Assembly (NCBI GenBank): GCA_041674205.1
Contig: JBAYWF010000001.1
Span: forward strand, 37,449 to 101,448
DNA: 64,000 nt
Origin: Parcubacteria group bacterium
GTDB lineage: Bacteria > Patescibacteriota > Minisyncoccia > Moranbacterales > UBA2206
Direction of reading: 5' to 3'
Shown here: positions 1-8,953 of the stretch, piece by piece
Layout of the letters: every line of letters begins with the position of its first letter
How positions within the stretch are numbered: position 1 is the first letter of the stretch
Made by a program: the position numbers and the translations under genes
Notes under the pieces: generated by a model
Told to the model about the DNA's origin: nothing
The model's input: the letters and a program-made list of their open reading frames with translations, nothing else
Database searches by the model: none

Positions 1-743
1 AATCCCTTTTTTTCCATATATCGCTGCTGCAAAATCATAAATACCGTTGAAACCAGCCAATAGAGCGCCAGCCCGGCCGGGAATTTGATTCCGATAAAAA
101 GCGTCAGCAATGGCCCAAGAAACAACATCTGTTTTGTCATTATCTCGGAAAAATCAGGTTCGCCCTGGGATGCCTCTTTTACTGGCTGCTTAGCCATCAT
201 CATTTTTGTCTGTATGAATTGCGCTCCGGCAGCCATTATAACCAACAGGATATGCGGAAAACTACTCCAAGTGATCTGGCTGAATTCGATAGCGGAAGCC
301 AAATCCACGATACCGACGAACATTTTATTGATTTGTCCCGGATTGGCGATGAAAGAATATAAATCAGCCTGGTTGATGATGAGCCCGGCTTGGGAAATAT
401 TGAACAAAACCCGGTAAATAGCGATTAAAAAGACCAATTGGGCTATCATCGGCAAGCATCCGGAGAATGGATTAGAGCCGCTTTCCTTGTATAGTTCCAT
501 CATAGCCCGGCTTTGCTTCTCCTTGTCATTTTTATGTTTACCCTGGATCGCCTTTATCTTAGGCTGCAATTCTTGCATTTTTTTTTGCGATTCGATCTGT
601 TTCTTGCTTAGCGGAAACAGTAAAAACTTGATCAATACCGTCAAAATAATGATAGCTACGCCAAAATCAGGGACTATATTGTAAATAAAAATCAGCAGGT
701 TATAAATCGGGTAATAAACGAATGTATCGAATAAAAATGACAT
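1..743 (-). CDS. yidC: Membrane protein insertase YidC/Oxa1 family, short form; 3-prime end of gene runs past window start
   Basis: Minus-strand translation from ATG (complement of 741-743) gives MSFLFDTFVYYPIYNLL...multi-TM protein with YidC-like conserved core (CLPMIAQLVFLIAIY..., FPAGLALYWLVST). Start overlaps the rnpA stop (TAATG). Canonical rpmH-rnpA-yidC synteny. Not in the ORF track because the ORF is open at the window edge. Confidence 0.8.
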   Translation of the reverse strand, partial: MSFLFDTFVYYPIYNLLIFIYNIVPDFGVAIIILTVLIKFLLFPLSKKQIESQKKMQELQPKIKAIQGKHKNDKEKQSRAMMELYKESGSNPFSGCLPMIAQLVFLIAIYRVLFNISQAGLIINQADLYSFIANPGQINKMFVGIVDLASAIEFSQITWSSFPHILLVIMAAGAQFIQTKMMMAKQPVKEASQGEPDFSEIMTKQMLFLGPLLTLFIGIKFPAGLALYWLVSTVFMILQQRYMEKKG

Positions 744-1123
744 TATTTTATTTTTATTGAAGATTTCTCTTCTTTTATATTTGTTATCAATTGCCCTAGA
801 GCCAAAACCTCCATTATATTCTTCTTGAAATCGATGCTTCTGGTTTTTTCTTCTTCCCGCTTACGGGCCATAATGACTATATCCAAGCCTTTTTTGATGT
901 TTTTCAGCTCAGGTTGGATGATTCCTCGGATTTCTTTCTTAACCTGGTTCCTTTCAATCGCTTTTTTTGAATATTTGAGACCCACCACTATCCCTATCCG
1001 CGTGTCCCGCGTGCCATTTTCCATAATTTTGATAGCAATATTCTTTGCAGAAACAAAAGTCCCGAATTTTTGGACCTTTTCGTGATCTTTTTTTCTAGTT
1101 AACCGGTTTTTGAATGGGAGCAT
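743..1123 (-). CDS. rnpA: Ribonuclease P protein component
   Basis: 126 aa basic protein (MLPFKNRLTRKKDHEKVQKFG...) placed between rpmH and yidC as in most bacteria. Confidence 0.8.
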   Translation of the reverse strand: MLPFKNRLTRKKDHEKVQKFGTFVSAKNIAIKIMENGTRDTRIGIVVGLKYSKKAIERNQVKKEIRGIIQPELKNIKKGLDIVIMARKREEEKTRSIDFKKNIMEVLALGQLITNIKEEKSSIKIK

Positions 1124-1142
1124 CTTGGAAATATTAGGCTAA

Positions 1143-1280
1143 TTAAGCCGTTGTAAGCCGTTTCCTGCCCTTAGTCCGCCGTCTTTTCAATACGGCTTGC
1201 CCGGTGGCGGTTTCATTCCTTTTGCGAAAACCGTGCCTGTTTTTTCTTCTTGTGCTGGATGGTTGGTATGTCTGGCTCAT
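1143..1280 (-). CDS. rpmH: 50S ribosomal protein L34
   Basis: Own translation of the minus strand: [45 protein letters not shown] (45 aa), matching the L34 consensus. Too short for the ORF track. Confidence 0.8.
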   Translation of the reverse strand: MSQTYQPSSTRRKNRHGFRKRNETATGQAVLKRRRTKGRKRLTTA

Positions 1281-1589
1281 AAGATTAGATTTTTATATAT
1301 ATTATCCTTTAATTAGTCGATATTGACTGATTCCAAGTTTATCAACTATCCTAGTTAAAGTCAACCTAATAGCCCTTTTGCCAAGCGTCGATCGGTCCGC
1401 TTGCGGCGGCACTGAGGAAGCGCAGGCTCTTGATTTATTTATAATTTCATAATATACAGTAATTAGGGTTTTTTATGACTTGCCAACAACTTATCAACAG
1501 ACTTATCCCCACTCTTTCCTTAGACATTCGATTTTCGGCGTGATATACTTCAGTTTACACAATTCTTATTTTTAATCTCAACCTTCCAT
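1281..1589. promoter_or_regulatory. Divergent rpmH / dnaA promoter region with degenerate DnaA boxes (origin region, part 1)
   Basis: AT-rich spacer between divergent rpmH and dnaA. TTATCAACA and TTATCCCCA near 1489-1510 are each one mismatch from TTATCCACA. Confidence 0.45.
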
Positions 1590-2966
1590 ATGACCAATGA
1601 GGAACTTTGGCGGGCCGCTTTAGGGGAAATAGAGCTTTCGATTTCGAAGGCGAATTTCATCACGTGGTTTAAAAACACCTCTATTCTGTCAAATAATGAC
1701 GGCCGCGTCATAATCGGCGTCCCCAACGGATTTGCCAAAGAATGGCTTGAAAACAAATACAATCTCTACATACTCAAGGCGTTGCGAAATATCCAGCCTT
1801 CTATAAAAGAGGTTTCCTGCGCCATAGGCTCCGAAAAAGAAAATGCCTTCCGGGAAAACCAAGTTGACGCGATTATCCCTCCAAAAAGAGTGGTTTTTGA
1901 AAAACCACCGGTCGAAAAAAGCTTTCAAATAAGCCAAGAAAATAACTTGAATTCTAAATATATTTTTGAGAACTTTATCGTAGGTTCCAGTAATGAATTA
2001 GCTCGAGCGGCGTGTTATGCCGTATCGCAAAATTTAGGCCGTATTTATAATCCGCTTTTCATTTATGGCGGCGTAGGTCTAGGAAAGACCCACCTATTAC
2101 AATCCATCGGCAATGAGATTCTTAAAAAAAATCCCTCTAAGAAAGTAAAATACATCACTTCCGAACGCTTCACTAACGAATTGATCGATTCTATCCGGAC
2201 CCAAAAAATAAACGAATTTAAAGAACATTACCAAAAAATCGACCTCTTAATAATCGATGATGTACAATTCCTGTCCGGCAAAGAAAAGACGCAGGAGGAA
2301 TTTTTCCATATATTCAACTATTTATACCAACTAAACAAGCAGATCGTTTTAAGCAGCGACCGCGCACCGAAAGCTATTCCAACCTTGGAAGAGAGGCTTC
2401 GTTCACGTTTTGAGGGCGGAATGATCGCGGATGTTTCAAAAGCTGATTTTGAGACAAGAATGGCTATCTTAAGCAAAAAAGCGGTTGACGAGGGCTTGGC
2501 AATCTCCACTACCGCCCTTGATTTTATCGCCCAAAACATCACTAATAATATCCGCGAATTGGAAGGTGCCTTAAATCGTGTCATTGTGTCATCACAACTT
2601 ACTAATCGGGAACCCACTTTGGATTATGTTTCCGCCCTCTTGTCGGATATCATCGCCAGTGGCAAAAAAAAGGGCATAACCCATAAACACATCATTGACG
2701 CCGTTTCCTCCTTCTATGACATAGACACTGCCGACCTTATTATGAAGAATAGAAAAAAAGAGGTCGTAAAGCCCCGACAGGTGGCGATGTATCTTATGCG
2801 CACCGAGCTCCAATACTCCTACCCGGGGATCGGGGAAAAATTAGGTGGCAGAGATCACACCACCGCCATCCATGCTTATGATAAAATATCTAAAGAATTA
2901 GAATCCAATAAGAAGCTGCTTGAAGAAGTCGCTTCTATTAAGGAGCAACTTTACAATATATCCTAA
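1590..2966 (+). CDS. dnaA: Chromosomal replication initiator protein DnaA
   Basis: 458 aa, AAA+ Walker A GGVGLGKTHLL, and C-terminal DnaA-box-binding domain (RTELQYSYPGIGEKLGGRDHTTAIHAYDKI). Confidence 0.95.
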   Translation: MTNEELWRAALGEIELSISKANFITWFKNTSILSNNDGRVIIGVPNGFAKEWLENKYNLYILKALRNIQPSIKEVSCAIGSEKENAFRENQVDAIIPPKRVVFEKPPVEKSFQISQENNLNSKYIFENFIVGSSNELARAACYAVSQNLGRIYNPLFIYGGVGLGKTHLLQSIGNEILKKNPSKKVKYITSERFTNELIDSIRTQKINEFKEHYQKIDLLIIDDVQFLSGKEKTQEEFFHIFNYLYQLNKQIVLSSDRAPKAIPTLEERLRSRFEGGMIADVSKADFETRMAILSKKAVDEGLAISTTALDFIAQNITNNIRELEGALNRVIVSSQLTNREPTLDYVSALLSDIIASGKKKGITHKHIIDAVSSFYDIDTADLIMKNRKKEVVKPRQVAMYLMRTELQYSYPGIGEKLGGRDHTTAIHAYDKISKELESNKKLLEEVASIKEQLYNIS

Positions 2967-3241
2967 TAACCTGTGGATAAGTTGTATTCCAACCCTTATT
3001 TATCCCTGTGCATATCCTTGGAATTACCCATACCCAGTATGTGCATCTAAAAACAAATGATCAAACCTATTGACTTATTCCACAGACATAAAATTCAGTG
3101 ATAAAATATCAACCTATCAACTTATCCACAGAAAATTTACTTTATATAAGCCCTAAATAACACATATCCCCAGAAATCTAATCCCTATATAATAAACAAT
3201 AAACTTATAAATATTTAAAGATAAATTATTATATTAATACT
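2967..3241. promoter_or_regulatory. DnaA-box cluster plus AT-rich unwinding element (candidate oriC, part 2)
   Basis: Perfect TTATCCACA at 3123-3131 (+) and its reverse complement TGTGGATAA at 2972-2980. Additional near-boxes at 3000-3008 and 3077-3085. Extremely AT-rich stretch 3180-3240 immediately upstream of dnaN. Confidence 0.6.
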
Positions 3242-4396
3242 ATGAAACTAACTTGTACCCAAGAAAATTTTAAAAAAGCTGTCTTTAATTCAGAACGGAT
3301 GGTTTCTAGACAAAATACCCTACCGATTTTAAATAACATCTTATTTGAAACTGAAAATGGAGGATTGAAACTTTCCGCCACTAATTTGGAAATTGGGGTT
3401 TCCGTCCAAATTGGGGCAAAAATAGAAAAAGAGGGAAAAATAACTATTCCAGCTAAGTTTATCAGTAATTTTGTGAATAATCTACCAGCTGGAGAAAATA
3501 TATCATTGGAGGTTATCGATCAAAGCCTTAAAATAAAGAGCGGCTCCTCTAAAGCGATGATAAAAGGCTTATCGGCGGATGATTTTCCTTTAATACCTAA
3601 AAAACAAACTGATTTCGTATTGAATATACCGAGTTTGAAGTTGAAAAATATGATTTCCAAGGTCATCACTTGCGTGGCTTTTAATGAAACTAGACAGGAA
3701 TTGACCGGGGTTAATCTTGTTTTAAAAGAAAAAGAGATTTTATTCGCCTCTACGGATAGTTTTCGTTTGGTCGAAGGCAGTTTGAAATTAAATGAGAATA
3801 ATGTAAGTACTAATTATAAAGATTTTTTAGAAAAAAAAGACACCTTTATTATTCCGGCGAATACTTTTGTCGAATTGGCACGGATTATTTCAAATGACAC
3901 CGAGGATGATATTAAAATCGCCTTTGAAGAGGGGCAAGCCTTTTTTGAAATAGATGGGACAAATGTGGTTTCTCGATTGATTAATGGTAAATATCCGGAT
4001 TACAAACATATCATACCGGTAGAATTTAAGACCAGGGTAGTGGGGGAGAAAAATATCTTCCAAGGAGCGCTTAAAATGTCGAGTGTTTTTTCAAGCGGGA
4101 AGACGAATGAAGTGGCGCTTAAAATTGACGCAGAGGAAAATAAATTCCTAATTGAAGCCAGGAGTGTCGAAGTGGGAGAAAACTCTTCAGAACTCGCTGT
4201 GGATATCACAGGGCTGTCTCAAGAAGTGGTTTTTAATTCCAAATATCTTTTAGATGGGATAAATACGGTCGCGACATCAAAAATCGCTATTCTTGTGAAT
4301 AATGCGTCCTCGCCGGTGGCAATCAAAGAGATTGATGAAAAAACCGGCGAAGTATTGGAAGGATATGTCTATATCGTGATGCCGATAAAAAATTAA
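3242..4396 (+). CDS. dnaN: DNA polymerase III beta sliding clamp
   Basis: 384 aa directly after dnaA with typical DnaN N-terminus (MKLTCTQENFKKAV...) and three-domain length. Confidence 0.95.
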   Translation: MKLTCTQENFKKAVFNSERMVSRQNTLPILNNILFETENGGLKLSATNLEIGVSVQIGAKIEKEGKITIPAKFISNFVNNLPAGENISLEVIDQSLKIKSGSSKAMIKGLSADDFPLIPKKQTDFVLNIPSLKLKNMISKVITCVAFNETRQELTGVNLVLKEKEILFASTDSFRLVEGSLKLNENNVSTNYKDFLEKKDTFIIPANTFVELARIISNDTEDDIKIAFEEGQAFFEIDGTNVVSRLINGKYPDYKHIIPVEFKTRVVGEKNIFQGALKMSSVFSSGKTNEVALKIDAEENKFLIEARSVEVGENSSELAVDITGLSQEVVFNSKYLLDGINTVATSKIAILVNNASSPVAIKEIDEKTGEVLEGYVYIVMPIKN

Positions 4397-4406
4397 AAAC
4401 ATTTTT

Positions 4407-5642
4407 ATGGAAAACGCTTATGGAAACTTTTTGAATTCGCTGAAAATAGTGCGAAATTTAATTTCACTGGAAGATAATATTTATAACCAATTATTGGAGC
4501 CCAAGAGGCTTTTGGAAGTCAATATCCCAGTTAAAATGGATAATGGCAAGATAAAAGTGTTCAAGGGGTTCAGGTCTCACTTTAATGATGCCCGGGGTCC
4601 GTTCAAGGGCGGTATCCGGTTCCATCCCGATGTTTCGTATGATGAAGTGCGGGCGCTTTCCGCTTGGATGTCTATTAAAACCGCCGTAGTCAATATTCCA
4701 TTAGGAGGTGGCAAAGGAGGAGTTATTGTTGATCCAAAAGAGTTATCAGAAAATGAACTGGAAAAACTTTCCCGGGGATATATCAGTGCGATTTATAAAT
4801 TTGTCGGACCGGAATTGGACATCCCGGCGCCGGATATGTATACTGATCCGCGCATAATGGGTTGGATGCTGGATGAATATGAAAAATTGGCCGGACGCCA
4901 TTTGCCCGGAGTGATTACAGGTAAGCCGCTAAGTATCGGCGGTTCGGCGGCGCGTTCATATTCCACGGCGCAAGGCGGATTATATGTTTTGTGGGAAGCG
5001 GTTAAAAAGCTTGGTTTGCCGGATCAGTCTACCGTGGCAATCCAAGGCTTTGGCAATGCCGGATATAATATGGCACAGATTCTTCAAACCAACGGCTATA
5101 AGATTGTCGCAGTCAGTGACTCAAAAGGCACCGTGGTTAATCGTATGGGACTGGATGTGGATGAATTATATAAACATAAACAGAAAACCGGCTCCGTGGC
5201 GAATTATATGGGCGCCGAAGAAGTGGGAATCGCGCATTGTTTCGAGCAGGAAGTGGATATTTTGATTCCGGCGGCTTTGGAAAATTCGATTCACAAGGAC
5301 AATGCCCGCGAAATAAAAGCCAAGCTTATAGTGGAATTGGCTAATGGTCCGATCACGCCCGAGGCGGATGAGATATTAGTTGATATGGGTGTTTTGGTGG
5401 TGCCGGATATTTTGGCGAATGCCGGCGGGGTGACGGTCAGTTATTTCGAGCAAGTGCAGAATGCGTACGGATATTATTGGAGCGAAGAAGATGTTTTGCA
5501 AAAATTGGAAAAGACGATGAGAATCGCCTTTGATGAAATTTGGGCTAAAAAAGAAGAATACAAAACCGATATGCGCATAGCAGCCTACATTTTGGCGGTT
5601 GAACGGATCGCGCAGGCGATGAAAGATCGGGGGATGGCGTAA
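4407..5642 (+). CDS. gdhA: Glutamate dehydrogenase (Glu/Leu/Phe/Val dehydrogenase family)
   Basis: 411 aa with the glycine-rich catalytic motif NIPLGGGKGGV and an NAD(P)-binding Rossmann segment GFGNAG. Confidence 0.9.
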   Translation: MENAYGNFLNSLKIVRNLISLEDNIYNQLLEPKRLLEVNIPVKMDNGKIKVFKGFRSHFNDARGPFKGGIRFHPDVSYDEVRALSAWMSIKTAVVNIPLGGGKGGVIVDPKELSENELEKLSRGYISAIYKFVGPELDIPAPDMYTDPRIMGWMLDEYEKLAGRHLPGVITGKPLSIGGSAARSYSTAQGGLYVLWEAVKKLGLPDQSTVAIQGFGNAGYNMAQILQTNGYKIVAVSDSKGTVVNRMGLDVDELYKHKQKTGSVANYMGAEEVGIAHCFEQEVDILIPAALENSIHKDNAREIKAKLIVELANGPITPEADEILVDMGVLVVPDILANAGGVTVSYFEQVQNAYGYYWSEEDVLQKLEKTMRIAFDEIWAKKEEYKTDMRIAAYILAVERIAQAMKDRGMA

Positions 5643-5662
5643 AACTGACATTTTTAATAAAA

Positions 5663-5696
5663 AATTCCGGTTAAAAAACAGCCGGAATTTTTTTAT
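5663..5696 (+). terminator. Rho-independent terminator after gdh
   Basis: AATTCCGG-loop-CCGGAATT hairpin followed by a T7 run. Confidence 0.7.
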
Positions 5697-5838
5697 CACT
5701 ACAAAATATTAAAAAAGTGCGCGGAATTAAATTTTCGGTAAATTATTCCATAAATTTATATCTTTCTTTATCCATTTGATTTGTTATATAATATAAACAT
5801 ACTGGAAAATTGGATAATTTTAAAGTATATTTTTTAAA

Positions 5839-6567
5839 ATGCTCGCAAAGACTTTGCAAAAACTCGGTCTGAATGAAAAAGAAGCCAAGGCGTATCTGGC
5901 AGCTTTGGAATTGGGTGAAACCACCTTGCAACGGATAGTTGCGAAATCTGGCATCAGCCGCACCACTATATATGATGTTCTCGAGTCATTAAAACAGCGA
6001 GGCTTGGTCAGTACCGTGAAAAAAAGTAAAAAACTTTATTATTATGCCGAAGAGCCTGATTCTTTGCAGAATGAATTGGACGAAAAACAGGATCTTTTGA
6101 AAAAAGCGATGCCGCAACTTTTGGCGATGGCTAATCTGATCGATTGCAAGCCGAAAATAAAATATTACGAAGGATTGGAAGGACTCAAGGAGGTGTATAT
6201 GGATTCTTTGCATTATCCGGAAAAAGAAATTTTGTCCTGGGTGGCGGAGGAGGCTTTCTATGAATTTGACAAGGACTTTTTATTGAATTTTTATCATCCG
6301 CGCCGCATCAAGCAAAAAATATGGTCGCGTGAAATCGCCTCCGACCATCCTTTGACGCGCGAATATCAGCAAGAGGAAATCAGCGGTTTGCGCAAAACCA
6401 AGATTTTACCCGCGAAGGAATTTCCGATGGATGTCAGCATCAATCTTTATGGCAAAAACAAAATCGGTATTATGTCATTCGAGGAGGAAATCGGTTTGAC
6501 TATGGAAAGTGAAAAAATCCACATTACGCTCAAAAGCTTATTCGAATTTATGTGGGGGAAAATCTAA
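5839..6567 (+). CDS. TrmB-family HTH transcriptional regulator (paralog 1 of 3)
   Basis: N-terminal LGLNEKEAKAYLAALELGETTLQRIVAKSGISRTTIYDVLESLKQRGLV winged-helix. Same architecture as the ORFs at 21366-22109 and 38053-38802. Confidence 0.75.
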   Translation: MLAKTLQKLGLNEKEAKAYLAALELGETTLQRIVAKSGISRTTIYDVLESLKQRGLVSTVKKSKKLYYYAEEPDSLQNELDEKQDLLKKAMPQLLAMANLIDCKPKIKYYEGLEGLKEVYMDSLHYPEKEILSWVAEEAFYEFDKDFLLNFYHPRRIKQKIWSREIASDHPLTREYQQEEISGLRKTKILPAKEFPMDVSINLYGKNKIGIMSFEEEIGLTMESEKIHITLKSLFEFMWGKI

Positions 6568-6592
6568 ATCAATGCGTTATTTGCAAAATAAA

Positions 6593-6621
6593 AATAATTG
6601 ACGGCTAAAAGGCCGTTTTTT
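6593..6621 (+). terminator. Terminator hairpin, copy 1 of an identical 29-nt repeat
   Basis: AATAATTGACGGCTAAAAGGCCGTTTTTT (stem ACGGC/GCCGT, T6). An identical 29-mer recurs at 10750-10778. Confidence 0.7.
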
Positions 6622-6634
6622 ATTAACCAGAAAA

Positions 6635-7200
6635 ACCACCGGCGCTAGCCGGTGTGTCCGTTTAGAACGTAGCTCTTGGGTTACAATAAAATCACCAATC
6701 TAGAAAGGAGGTGATTTTTATTATGGTAACTCACAAAGTCTACCAACTTAGTCACTGCACATATATTTGCCAATATCACATAGTTTGAGCTTCGCGATAC
6801 CGGGGCAAAGTACTGGGTGACAATTACACTAAACAAGAACTTAAAAGAATATTCAAGTTCATTGCCAATTAGAAAGGCCTAATGCTTGTCCAGTGGCACA
6901 TAGGAGACGAGCATAGGCATCTGTATTTGATAATACCTCCAAAATATTCAGTTTCATATATCATTTGTATTCTCAAAACTAAGTCGTCCACTTGGATAAA
7001 GAAAAAGATTAAGAAGTTTCCCAAAGGCTTTCTTTGGGGCAGAGGATACTTCGTTTCTACGATCGGTATCAATGAATTTGCCATCCGAGCGTATATCTAA
7101 AACCAAGATCATCGAAAAGTAGAGTTGGATAACCTTCAATTGTTTTAGCCGTCGTTAGACGGCAGGACAGAAACCACTAGTGGTTGAGCTGGCGGTTTTC
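6635..7200 (+). mobile_element. Decayed IS200/IS605-family insertion sequence (tnpA-only type)
   Basis: Subterminal hairpins at both ends: CCGGCGCTAGCCGG at 6639-6652, GCCGTCGTTAGACGGC at 7148-7163, and the palindrome AACCACTAGTGGTT at 7172-7185. RBS AAAGGAGGTGAT (6704-6715) lies inside an ATCACC...GGTGAT inverted repeat, as in the RBS-occluding hairpin of IS200. Internal tnpA is disrupted. Confidence 0.6.
6723..7100 (+). pseudogene. tnpA: IS200-like TnpA (HuH Y1 transposase) pseudogene with stop and frameshifts
   Basis: Fragments in three frames match IS200 TnpA in order: HCTYICQYHIV(stop), RYRGKVL...LKRIFKFIAN(stop), then MLVQWHIGDEHRHLYLIIPPKYSVS...KTKSS...GRGYFVSTIG. These cover the HuH and catalytic-Tyr regions but are not in one reading frame. 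Confidence 0.65.
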
Positions 7201-7236
7201 ATTTTGTATTTGCTATAATGAAATTAACAAGCGTAA

Positions 7237-8877
7237 ATGGAACTTATGAAAGAAAAAATACAATCATATAATCTAGAGAAAGCAGAAAATGAGGCCGCAG
7301 AAATACATGGTCTTATTAATGATGATTTGGCGGTGGATTATGAAAATGCTGGTGCGGTGATTGAAATTAATAAAGATATTCAGGCAGAGGTTGTTGAGGC
7401 ATCTCGGGAAAATCTTGGGGTGACTAAAAAAGAGACGTCGCCGAAGAGCTATTTGGTAATTCAAGAAAAACCTGCACAAAAGCATAATTATTCACCAGAA
7501 GCATTAAATGAGATAGTTAATATTCAAAGAGAAGACATTAGCAAGAAGTATAGTAGTCAATTAAAACAGAGCGAGGATCTTTATGCGGAACTTTTATTTC
7601 AAGCAGAGAACATGAGTGAATGGCAAAAAAGGCAAGAAAAAAAGACTATTCATAAATTAAAAAAAATATTCAGAATAAGGAGTGCTGATACTACTAAAAT
7701 CAAAGAAGAGTTAATTCAAATTAATAATAAGATTAAAGAGGCTTATATTGAAATCGAAATTATTAAAATAAAAATAAAAGCCGAAGAGGTTCTGGGGGAT
7801 ATTTTGAAAATTAGAGCAGACTTACCGGTTTTGTCAGAACAAGATTTTAGATATAATCCATATAAGGCAAAAAAATATACCGATTTTAACGTGTTTGAGC
7901 ATAATATGGAAATAATAAATAGAATGAGTAAAATAATATTGGCAATGAAGCAACTTGACGTCAGTACTGATGAAATAGAAGCAGAATATAATTCGTTTCA
8001 AAATTATTACCAGAAAATAAATATTATAAGCGAAGCTGTAAAATTAGCAATTGCTCAAATCGAACGTGAGTTGTGGAATTGTGAAATTTCACCCGAAAGA
8101 AATATATCTGTAGATGAAACAAGACAGAATATGCTAAGTATCTGCAGGAAATCTGAGCAGTATGCAGACGGACTGTGGAATTTGGATGAAATTGCCAAGA
8201 GCACAGCTGATGAATTAGTAGTACATATTAACACAAATGGATCAGGGCGGTGCTTTTTACACAGTTTTCCGGAGATCAGTATTGAAAATGGTTACATAAC
8301 GACTAGCATGGGTGCTGGTGAAAATTTTAAACATGTTAGGGGTGACTCACGCTGCTGGATAAATTTTTCGTGCGAATCAAGCGTTTCAGGGTATGATAAA
8401 TCGTTTTATGGCACTTTAAATACAAAACTGTCCGGAGGGGTTTATTATCCAGCTGAGGTGATTTTGGAAAACTACCCTTTTATAAATTTGCCGTATGATG
8501 ATGGAAAAGATCATGCAAAAATTTGGACATCTTCGGAATGGCGATCTTATGCGCCACGTGATAATGCAAAGAGTAAATTTCACCGTATACCATTGAATTT
8601 GGGCATATGTTTTTTTTCGTTAGACGATAGGGATACAGTCGAAAAATACATTAATGCCTTGCCCGATAGTCAAAAACCAAATAAAATAATTTGGTATAGC
8701 GGTCAGGAGGAAGTGGAAGCTTTGACGAGCTTGTTGAAAAAAATTAAGACCCCGGATGACTTGCCACATCTCACAAGTCCAATTAAAATAATTCAAGTTG
8801 ATGATGGCTTGACGATGTTTGGTACCGATAAAACAAAACGAATTTTTGACGAAGAAATGGCGGAAGTTAAAGCATAA
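7237..8877 (+). CDS. Large hypothetical protein, coiled-coil N-terminal half plus Cys/His-containing C-terminal globular domain (paralog A)
   Basis: 546 aa ORF, no recognisable family. C-terminal region shares short motifs with the next ORF (KPNKIIWYSG vs KPNKIVYYEGS; ELVVHINTNGSG vs EMVTHVTRQG). Confidence 0.6.
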   Translation: MELMKEKIQSYNLEKAENEAAEIHGLINDDLAVDYENAGAVIEINKDIQAEVVEASRENLGVTKKETSPKSYLVIQEKPAQKHNYSPEALNEIVNIQREDISKKYSSQLKQSEDLYAELLFQAENMSEWQKRQEKKTIHKLKKIFRIRSADTTKIKEELIQINNKIKEAYIEIEIIKIKIKAEEVLGDILKIRADLPVLSEQDFRYNPYKAKKYTDFNVFEHNMEIINRMSKIILAMKQLDVSTDEIEAEYNSFQNYYQKINIISEAVKLAIAQIERELWNCEISPERNISVDETRQNMLSICRKSEQYADGLWNLDEIAKSTADELVVHINTNGSGRCFLHSFPEISIENGYITTSMGAGENFKHVRGDSRCWINFSCESSVSGYDKSFYGTLNTKLSGGVYYPAEVILENYPFINLPYDDGKDHAKIWTSSEWRSYAPRDNAKSKFHRIPLNLGICFFSLDDRDTVEKYINALPDSQKPNKIIWYSGQEEVEALTSLLKKIKTPDDLPHLTSPIKIIQVDDGLTMFGTDKTKRIFDEEMAEVKA

Positions 8878-8953
8878 AAAGGATTTACCGGATTTTGAAT
8901 AATAGTCGCTCAATCTCCCTAAAATTAGCATAAGTTAATAAAGCAGACTTAGT

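Noticed and set aside
85-684. 110-aa and 65-aa plus-strand ORFs at the window start
   Set aside because: Antisense to yidC, whose minus-strand translation gives a coherent membrane insertase.
1381-1430. GC-rich 50-nt stretch upstream of dnaA considered as an RNA gene
   Set aside because: No flanking promoter or terminator and no recognisable fold. Likely part of the rpmH/dnaA regulatory region.
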